From positions 1,280,001 through 1,344,000 of the forward strand of contig CP136572.1 of the NCBI GenBank assembly GCA_035193785.1: a stretch of 64,000 bases of DNA, given 5' to 3'. The stretch comes from Planktothrix sp. GU0601_MAG3 (lineage in GTDB: Bacteria > Cyanobacteriota > Cyanobacteriia > Cyanobacteriales > Microcoleaceae). The notes under the pieces are model-generated. The model was given only the letters and a program-made list of their open reading frames with translations, was not told the origin of the DNA and did not search any database. A program made the translations under genes and the position numbers. Below are positions 52,796 through 61,779 of the stretch, piece by piece (the first letter of the stretch is position 1; each line of letters starts with the position of its first letter).

Positions 52796-54974
52796 CTACT
52801 GAATAAAATTAATTACGTGCTGCGATCGCAGGGTCAAGTCAGCCCAGGAACAGATCAGACCCCACGGGCCAGGGTTAACGGTGGGGGATGGGGGCAGACG
52901 AACCCAAGATTGTCCTTGACGCTGGAGTTCAAACAGTTGCAGGGTGCCAATATAACGAATCGCATCAAAGTTCTGAAGGACGGTGATCGCGTCGCTGAGA
53001 TAGACGGGTTGACCCAGGGGCCAGCCCTTTTGATCGATGCCTCCGGTAATAGGATTAAAAAAGCTGTACAGGGCGACTAGCATTTGTTGGCGCAGGGTTT
53101 GCTGGGCAACGGGGTGATTATATTCTGGTTTGAGGGCAACTTCCGCCTGAATTGCCACCCCCGTATAGTCACCGGAGACACATAACACCTGAACTCCTAA
53201 AAGTCGGCGTTCGTCCAAATAAGCGATCACCTTTTGCTCTAGGTCATCGGTGAGAGTGAACTGGTCGGGGTGAATGCCCTCGCCGCGGGTGATGTCATCT
53301 ATGGTCACCTGGGGGACAATTAAAACCCTTACTGTCCCTCCTTTGCCACTGGTGACGGGTAAACAGTGGGCGCGGGCAACGGCCCCGGCTCCGCCCCGAA
53401 TCGCCAATTCTTCAAAATCTTCAGGGGTGACGGCGCGATCGCGGGTACGAAGCATTTGGGGCACACGGATCGCCGCCTGTTCTAAGGTTTCCGCCTCGGC
53501 TCCATTTCTGGCAGGTTGATGGTTAATCACACTAGCCACATAAGGAACGGCCGTTTTCAAAATTTCCAACGTCCCCACCTGAACGTTTCCCCCGGAGCCT
53601 CCCCCCGTGCGGTAACGAGACATCTGCAACGCCGCTCCCTTTGGGGGAATGCTGCCATATTGGTTTTGTAAGTCGGAACTCGAAAGTAGCATTTGCCTGG
53701 AGGTGTTGGTTTGTGCGTTGGCCCTTAACTCCATTGCTTCCTTGAGTTGGCTGGCTTCCCTGACTAATGGGCCGAATTGGAGGACACCTGTGAGGGAGTC
53801 GATAATATAGTGTTGATCGTTGACTCCTGAATCGGCAAAATCCTTCACTTCTTTCCAGCGTTGGGGAATGGCACCTGGGGGGGTAACAATCAGATATTCG
53901 TCCTCCCGCCGTTCCAACACGGGTGCTCCTTGAAGTTGAAAAAACTGTCCGGGGTCGCCGTTGCTTTCCCCCAAAACTTCATCTTCAATAATTTCACATT
54001 GGGTTGCTTTCACGGTTTCCGCCAATGGCTGTGGCGGTAATCCCAATCATCCGAGGTGAGCGACTGTAGGCGGGTTGTCTGGGATCGGGTTCTGTACAAA
54101 CACACCGCAACCACCGACCTCGATAGGCGGTGAAGTGCGCCGGAGGAAAGTTAATTGGCAGGTGTAAGGTGACATCAGCACCCTGTAGGGGGTTGCCGCC
54201 CTTTTGGGCTAGGTTACTGAAGCTAAAACCTTGGGTTTCATCATCGGATTCTTGTAGGAGGACGGGTTGCCATTCGCTTCCATTCCAGGCTTCCCAGCGA
54301 CGGGGGGGCTGCTTGGGGTTAATTCCGGTGGGGGTAGCTTCTTGACCTTTGATCCGAATACTGAGAACGTTACCATCGAGGGGTTCATCGGGGTCAAAGA
54401 CCAGATAGAAGCAATTATCCGGTTGGGGAATATCACTGAATAGGGAAAGCTCTGGGCCTGACCAGTTGCCGGGTTCTTGAGCACTCCAGAAATTGGTAAA
54501 GCGATCGCGCAAAACCTGGGGGTTTGGGGGTGCTGTATCCCCGATGAGAAAGTGTTGGATGGTGGGTTGACCAATAATCAGGGGTTGGTCGGTGGTAAAT
54601 ACAATGGCGGACTGGGTGGCTGTGCGTCCTGTGGCGACTTCAGTTCCGGTGGTGATGGTATAAGCGTCTGGCAGATCGCCGACTAAATAAAATGTTATTT
54701 CTGTTGTTGCTGGTTTGGGCGGTTGTAAACGAATACCCAGCAATTCTAAGAAGGTAATATAGTTGCGTCGGGGGACTTGATTAAACCGAGCCAACATTTG
54801 GTCAGTTAACCAAGCAAATAGTTCAACTAAGGTAATACCAGGATCGCTGGGATTATAGTTTGTCCACTCTGGACAATAGCGGGGAATTCTCAGAATACAT
54901 TCTTTTACCAGGTCTTCATAGTCCCGATCATCTAAGTTGGGTTTAGGTAGTTTAGGTAAAAAGTCAAAAACCAT
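52796..54974 (-). CDS. Putative baseplate assembly protein (baseplate J / gp6-like, eCIS type), frameshift at ~54017
   Basis: [78 protein letters not shown]. Confidence 0.92.
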
Positions 54975-55007
54975 AAAAATCAGTAATTCGCAATTCGTAA
55001 TTCGTAA

Positions 55008-55430
55008 TTAGTTTTCAACTTGCAAATAAAAAGGAAAAACAATACTGCGTCCTTCGTAAGTTTTTTGCAGGCGGTAAATAATATTAATATCCACCCTTCC
55101 TTGATAGGAGTGAGGGTGGGTGAGAACTTCATCAACAATAATTCGGGGTTCCCAAAGTTCTAATGCTTCTTGGACATAAATTCGCATTAACATCAGGGTT
55201 TGTTGGTTAATGGGGGCAAAATTCAACTCTGACAAACGACAGCCAAAATTCGGCCGATAAACCCGTTCTCCCCATTCGGTCAGCAGGATAATATAAATTG
55301 ATTCTCTGATATTCTGTTCCTCTGCACTCAGGTCGAGGTTGCCCTGAAGGTTGATTTGCACGGGAAACCGTAAACCTTGACCCAAGTAAGGACGGCTTAA
55401 TTCTCGATTCGCTAAATTAACCATTGCCAA
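55008..55430 (-). CDS. Baseplate wedge GPW/gp25-family protein
   Basis: LGQGLRFP, IRESI.IILLT..GERV.RP.FGC, WEPRI, VFPFY. Confidence 0.93.
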   Translation of the reverse strand: MAMVNLANRELSRPYLGQGLRFPVQINLQGNLDLSAEEQNIRESIYIILLTEWGERVYRPNFGCRLSELNFAPINQQTLMLMRIYVQEALELWEPRIIVDEVLTHPHSYQGRVDINIIYRLQKTYEGRSIVFPFYLQVEN

Positions 55431-55619
55431 CTCCCTCCCCAGATAGATGTTTTTAATTTAGCTGATAGATTTGACCCGGCGTATTCTCCAAAGGTCTAAA
55501 TTAGGGAATTACGAATTACGAATTACGAATTACGAATTACGAATTACGGATGCGTAATGAGTAATATAAAAACTTTACTCCCCCTGCCTCCCCTGCCTCC
55601 CCTGCCTCCCCTGCCTCCC

Positions 55620-57525
55620 CTACTCCCCCCGCTCCATGAGTTGAGCCATTTCTTGATAACGGGTGCGATCGCTATTTGTATTTTGCTGAATTTGCTGTTG
55701 CAAATTAGTTAAGGTTTCTCCGACATTGACAATATTTCCTGTAGTCCCAACTAGGAGTTGTGCTGCTGAAACATTACCCGATACTAACACCTGTCCTGTC
55801 CCGGGTTGTAGCTGAATATTTCCCTTCGACTGAATAGTAATACCCCCCTGATCATCTAAGCGGATGGACTGTCCCGCCTTAGTCCTCACCTCAATTGACC
55901 CATTACTATCATTGAGGCGAATTTGATGACCCTGACTGGTTTGAATATAAATACCTGCCGCCGTTCCATCTTTATCTTCCTCGACAAATTGTAAAGTATG
56001 CTGAGTACGAGTTTTAAATGTTCGTAAGCGGACTTTTCCTTTATCTACCGAGTCTGCAATATTGGCGGGGGGCCGATCTTTGCCATTCCAAACCCCACCA
56101 ATAATATAGGGGCGGTGAATGTCTCCATGTTCAAAGGCAACCAACACCTCATCATTAATTTCAGGTAAACAGTCGAACCCGCGATCTGGGCCAGCCCCTA
56201 CCCCCACCACCCTCGCCCAATAACTCGCATGGGCGGTACTATCTTTTTCCGGGGTCAGGGTCGGAAATTTCACCCGCACCCGTCCCCAACCCTTGGGATC
56301 TTTGTTATCTGTGACAATACCCACCAGATGGGTCTGTCCGGGTCGGAGGCGAGTAGTTGGGGACAGGGTTTGCAGCAAGTTGTCTCCCCGTAGTCCCCGC
56401 ACACTAAATTCTGTTGTGTAAATTCCCTGATAATATAGATGGCGACTTTCCGTAACGTAATAACTGCCACTATACCGACCCATTCTATCTAGTTCCACAA
56501 CTTTCCCCGGTCGGATGCGGGGGTTGCCCAGTCCCCGGGCATCGGCATAGATAAAGTCCCCTTCTAACTCATTAAAAAGTGCCTGTGCCATCACTTCCGC
56601 TTCCTTAATCGTAGCAGTGGGTTGATCCACAACTAATAGTTTAGGTTCAGCAGGGTTCAACCCGAACTTTTGGCTATAGTCCCTACCCTTTCCATATTCG
56701 GTACGGGTCAGAACGTCAGTAGAGACGTGCCATGGCGTGTCTCTAAATTGATTGGTTTCTTTGGGAATCCGGGCAACGATGGGTTCCTTTCTTTCATAGT
56801 CCCAACTCCGTACTTCCACCGCTTTCACTTGTTCGGCACTGGTTAAACGAACACGAAAACTGGTGAAATCTGCCAGCCAAACTAACTTTAAAACTTCGTT
56901 ACTTTTGGGATTGCGAAAATTAAGTTTACCATCTTGGACAAATAGTTCAAACCCAATGCGGGCGGCTCGTTTCCCGCAAAAATGCCATATTCGTTTGATT
57001 TTCTTGAAAAACGTATTCATGTTTTTTCCCACTAGAGTCAATGGCATGGGTTTGAATTCCTACTTCTTCGGCGATTTTTTTGACAATATCGGCATCGGTA
57101 TAATCTTGAAACGAGCGAATATAAAGTCCTCGATGTAAGCGATGGGAAATATCATAACCTCGAATTACAATCGGAGCTTGAGTTTGTCCTGTGAAATGAG
57201 TTTCTATTGCTGTAATTTCTCCTTCAATTAAATAGGTTTGCTGATTATTATTTTGTTCAGAATCAGAATTCGTACTGGGGATAAAACCAATTTTAATAAC
57301 CTTACCAATTTGGATAATGTCCTGATCATATTTCCAAGTTTTTGTCTCTTGATCCGTGGCGGCGTAGGGATTATTGACAACTACGGTAAACATGGCGGGT
57401 AAATGCAAACTTTCTTCTACGGAAATTTGCAGGATATCCCGCCTAAAATTATTCATTAAGTCTGGATCAACTCCATCAACTGTAATAATAGGAGTAGAGA
57501 CATAATCCGTTGCTTGTGAAGTCAT
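55620..57525 (-). CDS. vgrG: VgrG-like spike protein (frameshift at ~56971)
   Basis: VEESLHLPAMF, GYDISHRLHRG and Q.NQTNMAFLRERAARIG; gp5 OB-fold GIVTDNKDP..GRVRVKFP..WARV..LPEINDEVLVAFEHGD..PYIIG; beta-helix-like C-terminus. Confidence 0.92.
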
Positions 57526-57577
57526 AAAACAACCTATTTGATCAAGGTTAAATACAGGCAAATTACAATAAAAGTGA

Positions 57578-58450
57578 TTAAACAACGAATTTTTGGCGCT
57601 CGCTGAAGGCTCTACTTGCCACACCTAAATCTACTTCTTCTAAGGTAATGGTAACCATGGCTCGCACGGGTGTTCCATTGGGTAAAAACATGGTTAATTT
57701 ATAGTCTAATTGTTTGATCATACAACACATATAATTCTTTTCTCCCCAAATAAAATAAAAAACAGGAGGTCGTCTTGTTTCTAAGGTCTGACTACCCACT
57801 TTTTCGGAACCGTATTCTCTATAACCCAAGACATTTTTTCCCCCGACCGATCCTACAAAGGATTTCATTGCTGTTTCCGATGAACTTAATTTAACCAGCC
57901 TTTCTTGGTATCCACCAGAAGTTTTTGGCTCTGCAAAAGGATCTTTGAATTTAGAAAAATCCACGGCATCTAACAATGATTGAATTCTATTCAGAACGCT
58001 TGTCCCGGTTTCGTAAGTATCAAATAAAATCCCTGACAAAGTAAGTTTATAAGCCTCAATAGAGCCAAAGTTAACTTTGGGTAAGCCCCTTTGTGTTCTC
58101 GATCCCTCCATTGTTTTAATCGTCACAGATCGGCTTAAACTCAAATCAGTGGGATTGAACATAAAGTTAATCGGAGAAGCTGCTTCACCCGTTCTCGGTA
58201 TGAGAGCGGCTTTAACTAATCTTTTATCAGCAGCTTGTTGAGCATCATAAAGATTTTTGGCTAGATTTTTATAATTGGCTTCTTCCTGGGTAAACTGCTG
58301 ATCTCTTGCTAGATCCTTTGCTGCGGCAGCTTCTAAAATTTGTATATCCGCCGCTTCGAGCATAGCATTTTTCATTGCTGTTTGCAGTGTTGAAGCGACT
58401 GCTGATACTGTTGCCGCCACTGGTGATTTTGATGAACTTGATTGAGCCAT
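57578..58450 (-). CDS. CIS tube-initiator-like protein (Afp7/Pvc7-type fold, no LysM seen)
   Basis: FMFNPTDL, FDTYE, RPP..F.WG and LTMFLPNGTPVRA.V.ITLEE; directly upstream of VgrG. Confidence 0.82.
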   Translation of the reverse strand: MAQSSSSKSPVAATVSAVASTLQTAMKNAMLEAADIQILEAAAAKDLARDQQFTQEEANYKNLAKNLYDAQQAADKRLVKAALIPRTGEAASPINFMFNPTDLSLSRSVTIKTMEGSRTQRGLPKVNFGSIEAYKLTLSGILFDTYETGTSVLNRIQSLLDAVDFSKFKDPFAEPKTSGGYQERLVKLSSSETAMKSFVGSVGGKNVLGYREYGSEKVGSQTLETRRPPVFYFIWGEKNYMCCMIKQLDYKLTMFLPNGTPVRAMVTITLEEVDLGVASRAFSERQKFVV

Positions 58451-58489
58451 GTTTTTCTCCTATTCTATGGGATTTAAAATAATCGACGA

Positions 58490-60880
58490 TCATAAGATGA
58501 AACCTCGTCGCTCCCTTTCTATTTCAAAACGTTGTCGGACAAGGCCATAAATTTCTCTAGCCAAGACTTCTACTTGATCTGTTTTAGTTTCCGCCTGTTT
58601 TGTTTCCTCACGATGTACCTCACTGATCAACGAAACCCGAGACTCTTCCATCCCTATATTTGAGGGAGTGAGAGTCTGAACAGGTTCAGCTTTACGACTA
58701 GCAGTTTTTTGTTCCTGTTGTAACCTAGTTTGGATCGTCTTTTCCATAAGTGCTTTTACAGGAGTTGGCTGCTGTTGTAAATCTAAACTGTGAATTCCCG
58801 CAACACCCCTAGTAATTCCTGGGGGTAGCAGCATCCCAGTCCGAATATCCGACATCCGATGCGGGCGTTTCTGATGCTTCGCTTGCCTCCCTTCTTTTTC
58901 GGAGAAAGCTTGGACAACAGTTGGTTCACTTGGCGTTGAATTGCTTTCACCGAGCAATTCTTCAATACTTGACCAAGAATCAGGAACATCTGAGGTTGAG
59001 AAATCGCTTTCTTGCCGTTGAATCATTATACCTTGTGTTGATGATTTATTATTAAAAATAGGTTCGGATTTTGGCTGTATATTAGTCTTTGATAGAGAAG
59101 CAAACTGATCAAAATTATCTGAAACATTTTCATGTTCATTTTTTGACAGCATGGGATTAGTTTCAAGGAAGGAATTTTCTGAGATCAATTTGGATGTTTG
59201 AACTAAAGGTTGGGAAATACCTAAAGGTTGGCTAGTGGTAATATTTTCTAATACTTGGGGGAGTTGAGGAATGGCACCAGGTTGTTTTAACAATTGTGCA
59301 ACAGTTTGATTTTCCGTTTGTTTTTGGAGAGGAGAAACCGGATTTTCTGGCGTAATAGTATCAGAAAAATGAATATTTTTTGTGAGATTAATGATTGATG
59401 GGGATTCAGTTTGGGGAATATTATCAACGGTGGAATCCGATTGTTTTTGGAGAGGGGAATTATTAGCAATTTCTGGGTTAACAATATCTGTGGGATTAAT
59501 TGTAGAATCCGGTTGTTTTTGGATAGGTAAATAATTAGGAATTTCTGGGTTAATAATATCCGTAGGATTAATTATTGATGGGGATTCAGTTTGGGAAATG
59601 TTATCAACGGTAAAATCCGCTTGTTTTTGGATAGGTGAATAATTAGGAATTTCTGGGTTAACAATATCTGTAGGATTAATTTTAGAATCCGGTTGTTTTT
59701 GGAGGGAGGAATAATTAGGAATTTCTGGGTTAATAATATCTGTGGGGTTAATTGTAGAATCCAGTTGTTTTTGGAGAGAGGAATCATTAGCAATTTCTGG
59801 GTTAATAATATCTGTGGGGTTAATTGTAGAATCCAGTTGTTTTTGGAGAGAGGAATCATTAGCAATTTCTGGATTAATTGTAGAATCCGATTGTTTTTGG
59901 AGGGAGGAATAATTAGGAATTTCTGGGTCAATAATATCCCCAGGATTAATGATTGATGGGGATTCAGTTTGGCGAATATTATCAACGGTGGAATCTGGTT
60001 GTTTTTGGAGAGGGGAATTATTAGCAATTTCTGGGTTAACAATATCTGTGGGATTAATTGTAGAATCCGGTTGTTTTTGGATAGGTAAATAATTAGGAAT
60101 TTCTGGGTTAATAATATCCGTAGGATTAATTATTGATGGGGATTCAGTTTGGCGAATATTATCAACGGTGGAATCTGGTTGTTTTTGGAGAGGGGAATAA
60201 TTAGGAATTTCTGGGTTAATAATATCCGTGGGATTAATTGTAGAATCCGATTGTTTTTGGAGGGAGGAATAATCGGAAACTTCTGGCGTTACTAGCTCAG
60301 GAAAATCACTATCTTTTGAGAGATCGACAGGTTCTTTTTTGACTATTTTTTCTCTGGGAAATTCCGATTTTTTTTGAAATAAATGAGATGTAGAACTTTT
60401 GATATTTTGAGTGATAGAGTTTTTTTGTGTTTTTTGATCTATCCGAAAAGGAAAAATAGTTTCTGCTGGTTGTTGTCGGGGTAATTCCGAGTCTGAGGAT
60501 GGGGTTTCTGTTGGTTGTTGTAGGGGTGATTCTGAGAAGAGTTGAATTGGGATTGAAGGGGGTACAATTTTGTCCGATGGCGGCTCAATAATTGGTAGAT
60601 TTTCAGTTAATGAATTTTTGGTAAATGGCCGAAATTCATTGGGGTCAGAATCCTGCCAATTTTCATTATCCTGAAAGTTTTGTAATAGGGTTTGATTGGG
60701 AGAAATTAATGACCAATTAATTAGGTTAATTGACCGTGAACCCAGAGGTGATATTGATTGCAGGGACAAAAAGTTCTGTCCCAAAGTCGTTGGGGTCAAA
60801 AGAGGATTTTTAATTCCTAGAGCTTCTTCTTCTGAGGTGTTTTTGGCACTTTCTTGATTAATATTTTGTTGATTTTTCAT
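58490..60880 (-). CDS. Long low-complexity QKQ-repeat protein of the CIS cluster (tape-measure/cargo candidate)
   Basis: 796 aa with about 12 repeats starting (L/I)QKQ and C-terminal LAREIYGLVRQRFEIERER. Confidence 0.75.
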   Translation of the reverse strand: MKNQQNINQESAKNTSEEEALGIKNPLLTPTTLGQNFLSLQSISPLGSRSINLINWSLISPNQTLLQNFQDNENWQDSDPNEFRPFTKNSLTENLPIIEPPSDKIVPPSIPIQLFSESPLQQPTETPSSDSELPRQQPAETIFPFRIDQKTQKNSITQNIKSSTSHLFQKKSEFPREKIVKKEPVDLSKDSDFPELVTPEVSDYSSLQKQSDSTINPTDIINPEIPNYSPLQKQPDSTVDNIRQTESPSIINPTDIINPEIPNYLPIQKQPDSTINPTDIVNPEIANNSPLQKQPDSTVDNIRQTESPSIINPGDIIDPEIPNYSSLQKQSDSTINPEIANDSSLQKQLDSTINPTDIINPEIANDSSLQKQLDSTINPTDIINPEIPNYSSLQKQPDSKINPTDIVNPEIPNYSPIQKQADFTVDNISQTESPSIINPTDIINPEIPNYLPIQKQPDSTINPTDIVNPEIANNSPLQKQSDSTVDNIPQTESPSIINLTKNIHFSDTITPENPVSPLQKQTENQTVAQLLKQPGAIPQLPQVLENITTSQPLGISQPLVQTSKLISENSFLETNPMLSKNEHENVSDNFDQFASLSKTNIQPKSEPIFNNKSSTQGIMIQRQESDFSTSDVPDSWSSIEELLGESNSTPSEPTVVQAFSEKEGRQAKHQKRPHRMSDIRTGMLLPPGITRGVAGIHSLDLQQQPTPVKALMEKTIQTRLQQEQKTASRKAEPVQTLTPSNIGMEESRVSLISEVHREETKQAETKTDQVEVLAREIYGLVRQRFEIERERRGFIL
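59390..60290. repeat. Intragenic tandem repeats, mainly 72-bp and 108-bp units
   Basis: Recurring gtttttggagaggggaa..aatttctgggttaataatatc..ggattaattgtagaatcc units encoding QKQPDSTINPTDIINPEIPNY variants. Confidence 0.9.
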
Positions 60881-60907
60881 CGACTCAGCTATTAATAAAA
60901 TACCTGT

Positions 60908-61417
60908 CTAATTACTAGGAAAAAACCCAGAACTACCTCGGCTTAAACCAACACTTGCCCGACCTCCTCCTTGGTTGGTTTTAACTTGTAAACCTTCATA
61001 GGCTAAAGTTAATTCTTCAATCGCAACTGAGTTGCCATCGGCTTGAAATCCTGGGGCTTTCCAACTAATCGGAACCGCACCAATTAATGTCCAACACATC
61101 ATGGTTTCTCCAGCTTGATTGAAGAGCAATATATTAACATTTCGACGGCTTTTTGGTACCTCACTCATAATAGAATTAATCCATTGCCAAAATGTTAAGT
61201 CATCAGTCATTCCCCGTTTGAGGGTGACATCGGTAAATTCAGCATGACCTAAAATAATTCTTTGTTGATCGTTAACACCTCCTTCTAAATAGGTTTCTTT
61301 TTTAACATTAACTCCTAAACCAGAACAATCGGTAAAGGAGGCCTTAACTTCACTTTCCATTTCCACATAGAAGCGATTAACGGTAATATAATTTTTTTGC
61401 ATGATTTTTGTATTCAA
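60908..61417 (-). CDS. Phage tail tube protein (T4 gp19 / Afp1-Afp5-like)
   Basis: RFYVE..F..CSGL..Y.EGG.N..VTLKRGMT..FWQW..W.L..A.P..W.AP..A....VAIEEL.LAYEGL. Confidence 0.93.
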   Translation of the reverse strand: MNTKIMQKNYITVNRFYVEMESEVKASFTDCSGLGVNVKKETYLEGGVNDQQRIILGHAEFTDVTLKRGMTDDLTFWQWINSIMSEVPKSRRNVNILLFNQAGETMMCWTLIGAVPISWKAPGFQADGNSVAIEELTLAYEGLQVKTNQGGGRASVGLSRGSSGFFPSN

Positions 61418-61674
61418 CCTCTATAATTCATACTACGTTCTTTTTGCCAACGTAAATCTTCTAACATCAGTTGATAAATTCGGTCAGCTAACAACCGCAT
61501 TTTCAAAGGGTCGTTTCTGATTTCTTCGGCAATATTACAGAGGTGATCAAAATTAGTTTCAGAGTCACTATCAGGCTGGTTACTCTGAATTTTAGCTGAG
61601 GCACCGTAACCCGCAGGAGCATTTAATTCGCTGATGGGTTTCCAATTCGGCGGAGTGTCTTGATTGAATGTCAT
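61414..61674 (-). CDS. Small CIS-associated hypothetical protein
   Basis: 86 aa overlapping the tube gene start by 4 nt; ends LADRIYQLMLEDLRWQKER. Confidence 0.7.
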   Translation of the reverse strand: MTFNQDTPPNWKPISELNAPAGYGASAKIQSNQPDSDSETNFDHLCNIAEEIRNDPLKMRLLADRIYQLMLEDLRWQKERSMNYRG

Positions 61675-61779
61675 AATAAGCGAACCTCTGCCAATTATGC
61701 CTAGTATAAAAAATCGGGGGTCGGTAGGTATTAACCAAAGGTCGAATCTTGGTCACGGATTAAATGGATTTCACGAATT

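Noticed and set aside
52510..53080. Pro/Leu/Cys-rich ORFs 52586..53080 and 52593..52802, and the PITYY extension of 51460..52599
   Set aside because: These are translations of (CCCCTGCT)n and (GGGTAAT)n arrays, partly antisense to the baseplate gene.
1141..57624. Mass pseudogenisation or programmed frameshifting of the split genes
   Set aside because: Essential genes such as metG are affected, there are no in-frame stops or decay, and all breaks are the same +1 base in GAAC/GTTC in both orientations. This fits a sequencing artefact.
59390..60290. CRISPR array
   Set aside because: The units are in-frame coding tandem repeats with no unique spacers.
51460..61417. Prophage or classical T6SS
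   Set aside because: No capsid, portal, terminase, integrase or lysis genes, and no TssJLM/TssK/ClpV. Gene content and order fit eCIS.
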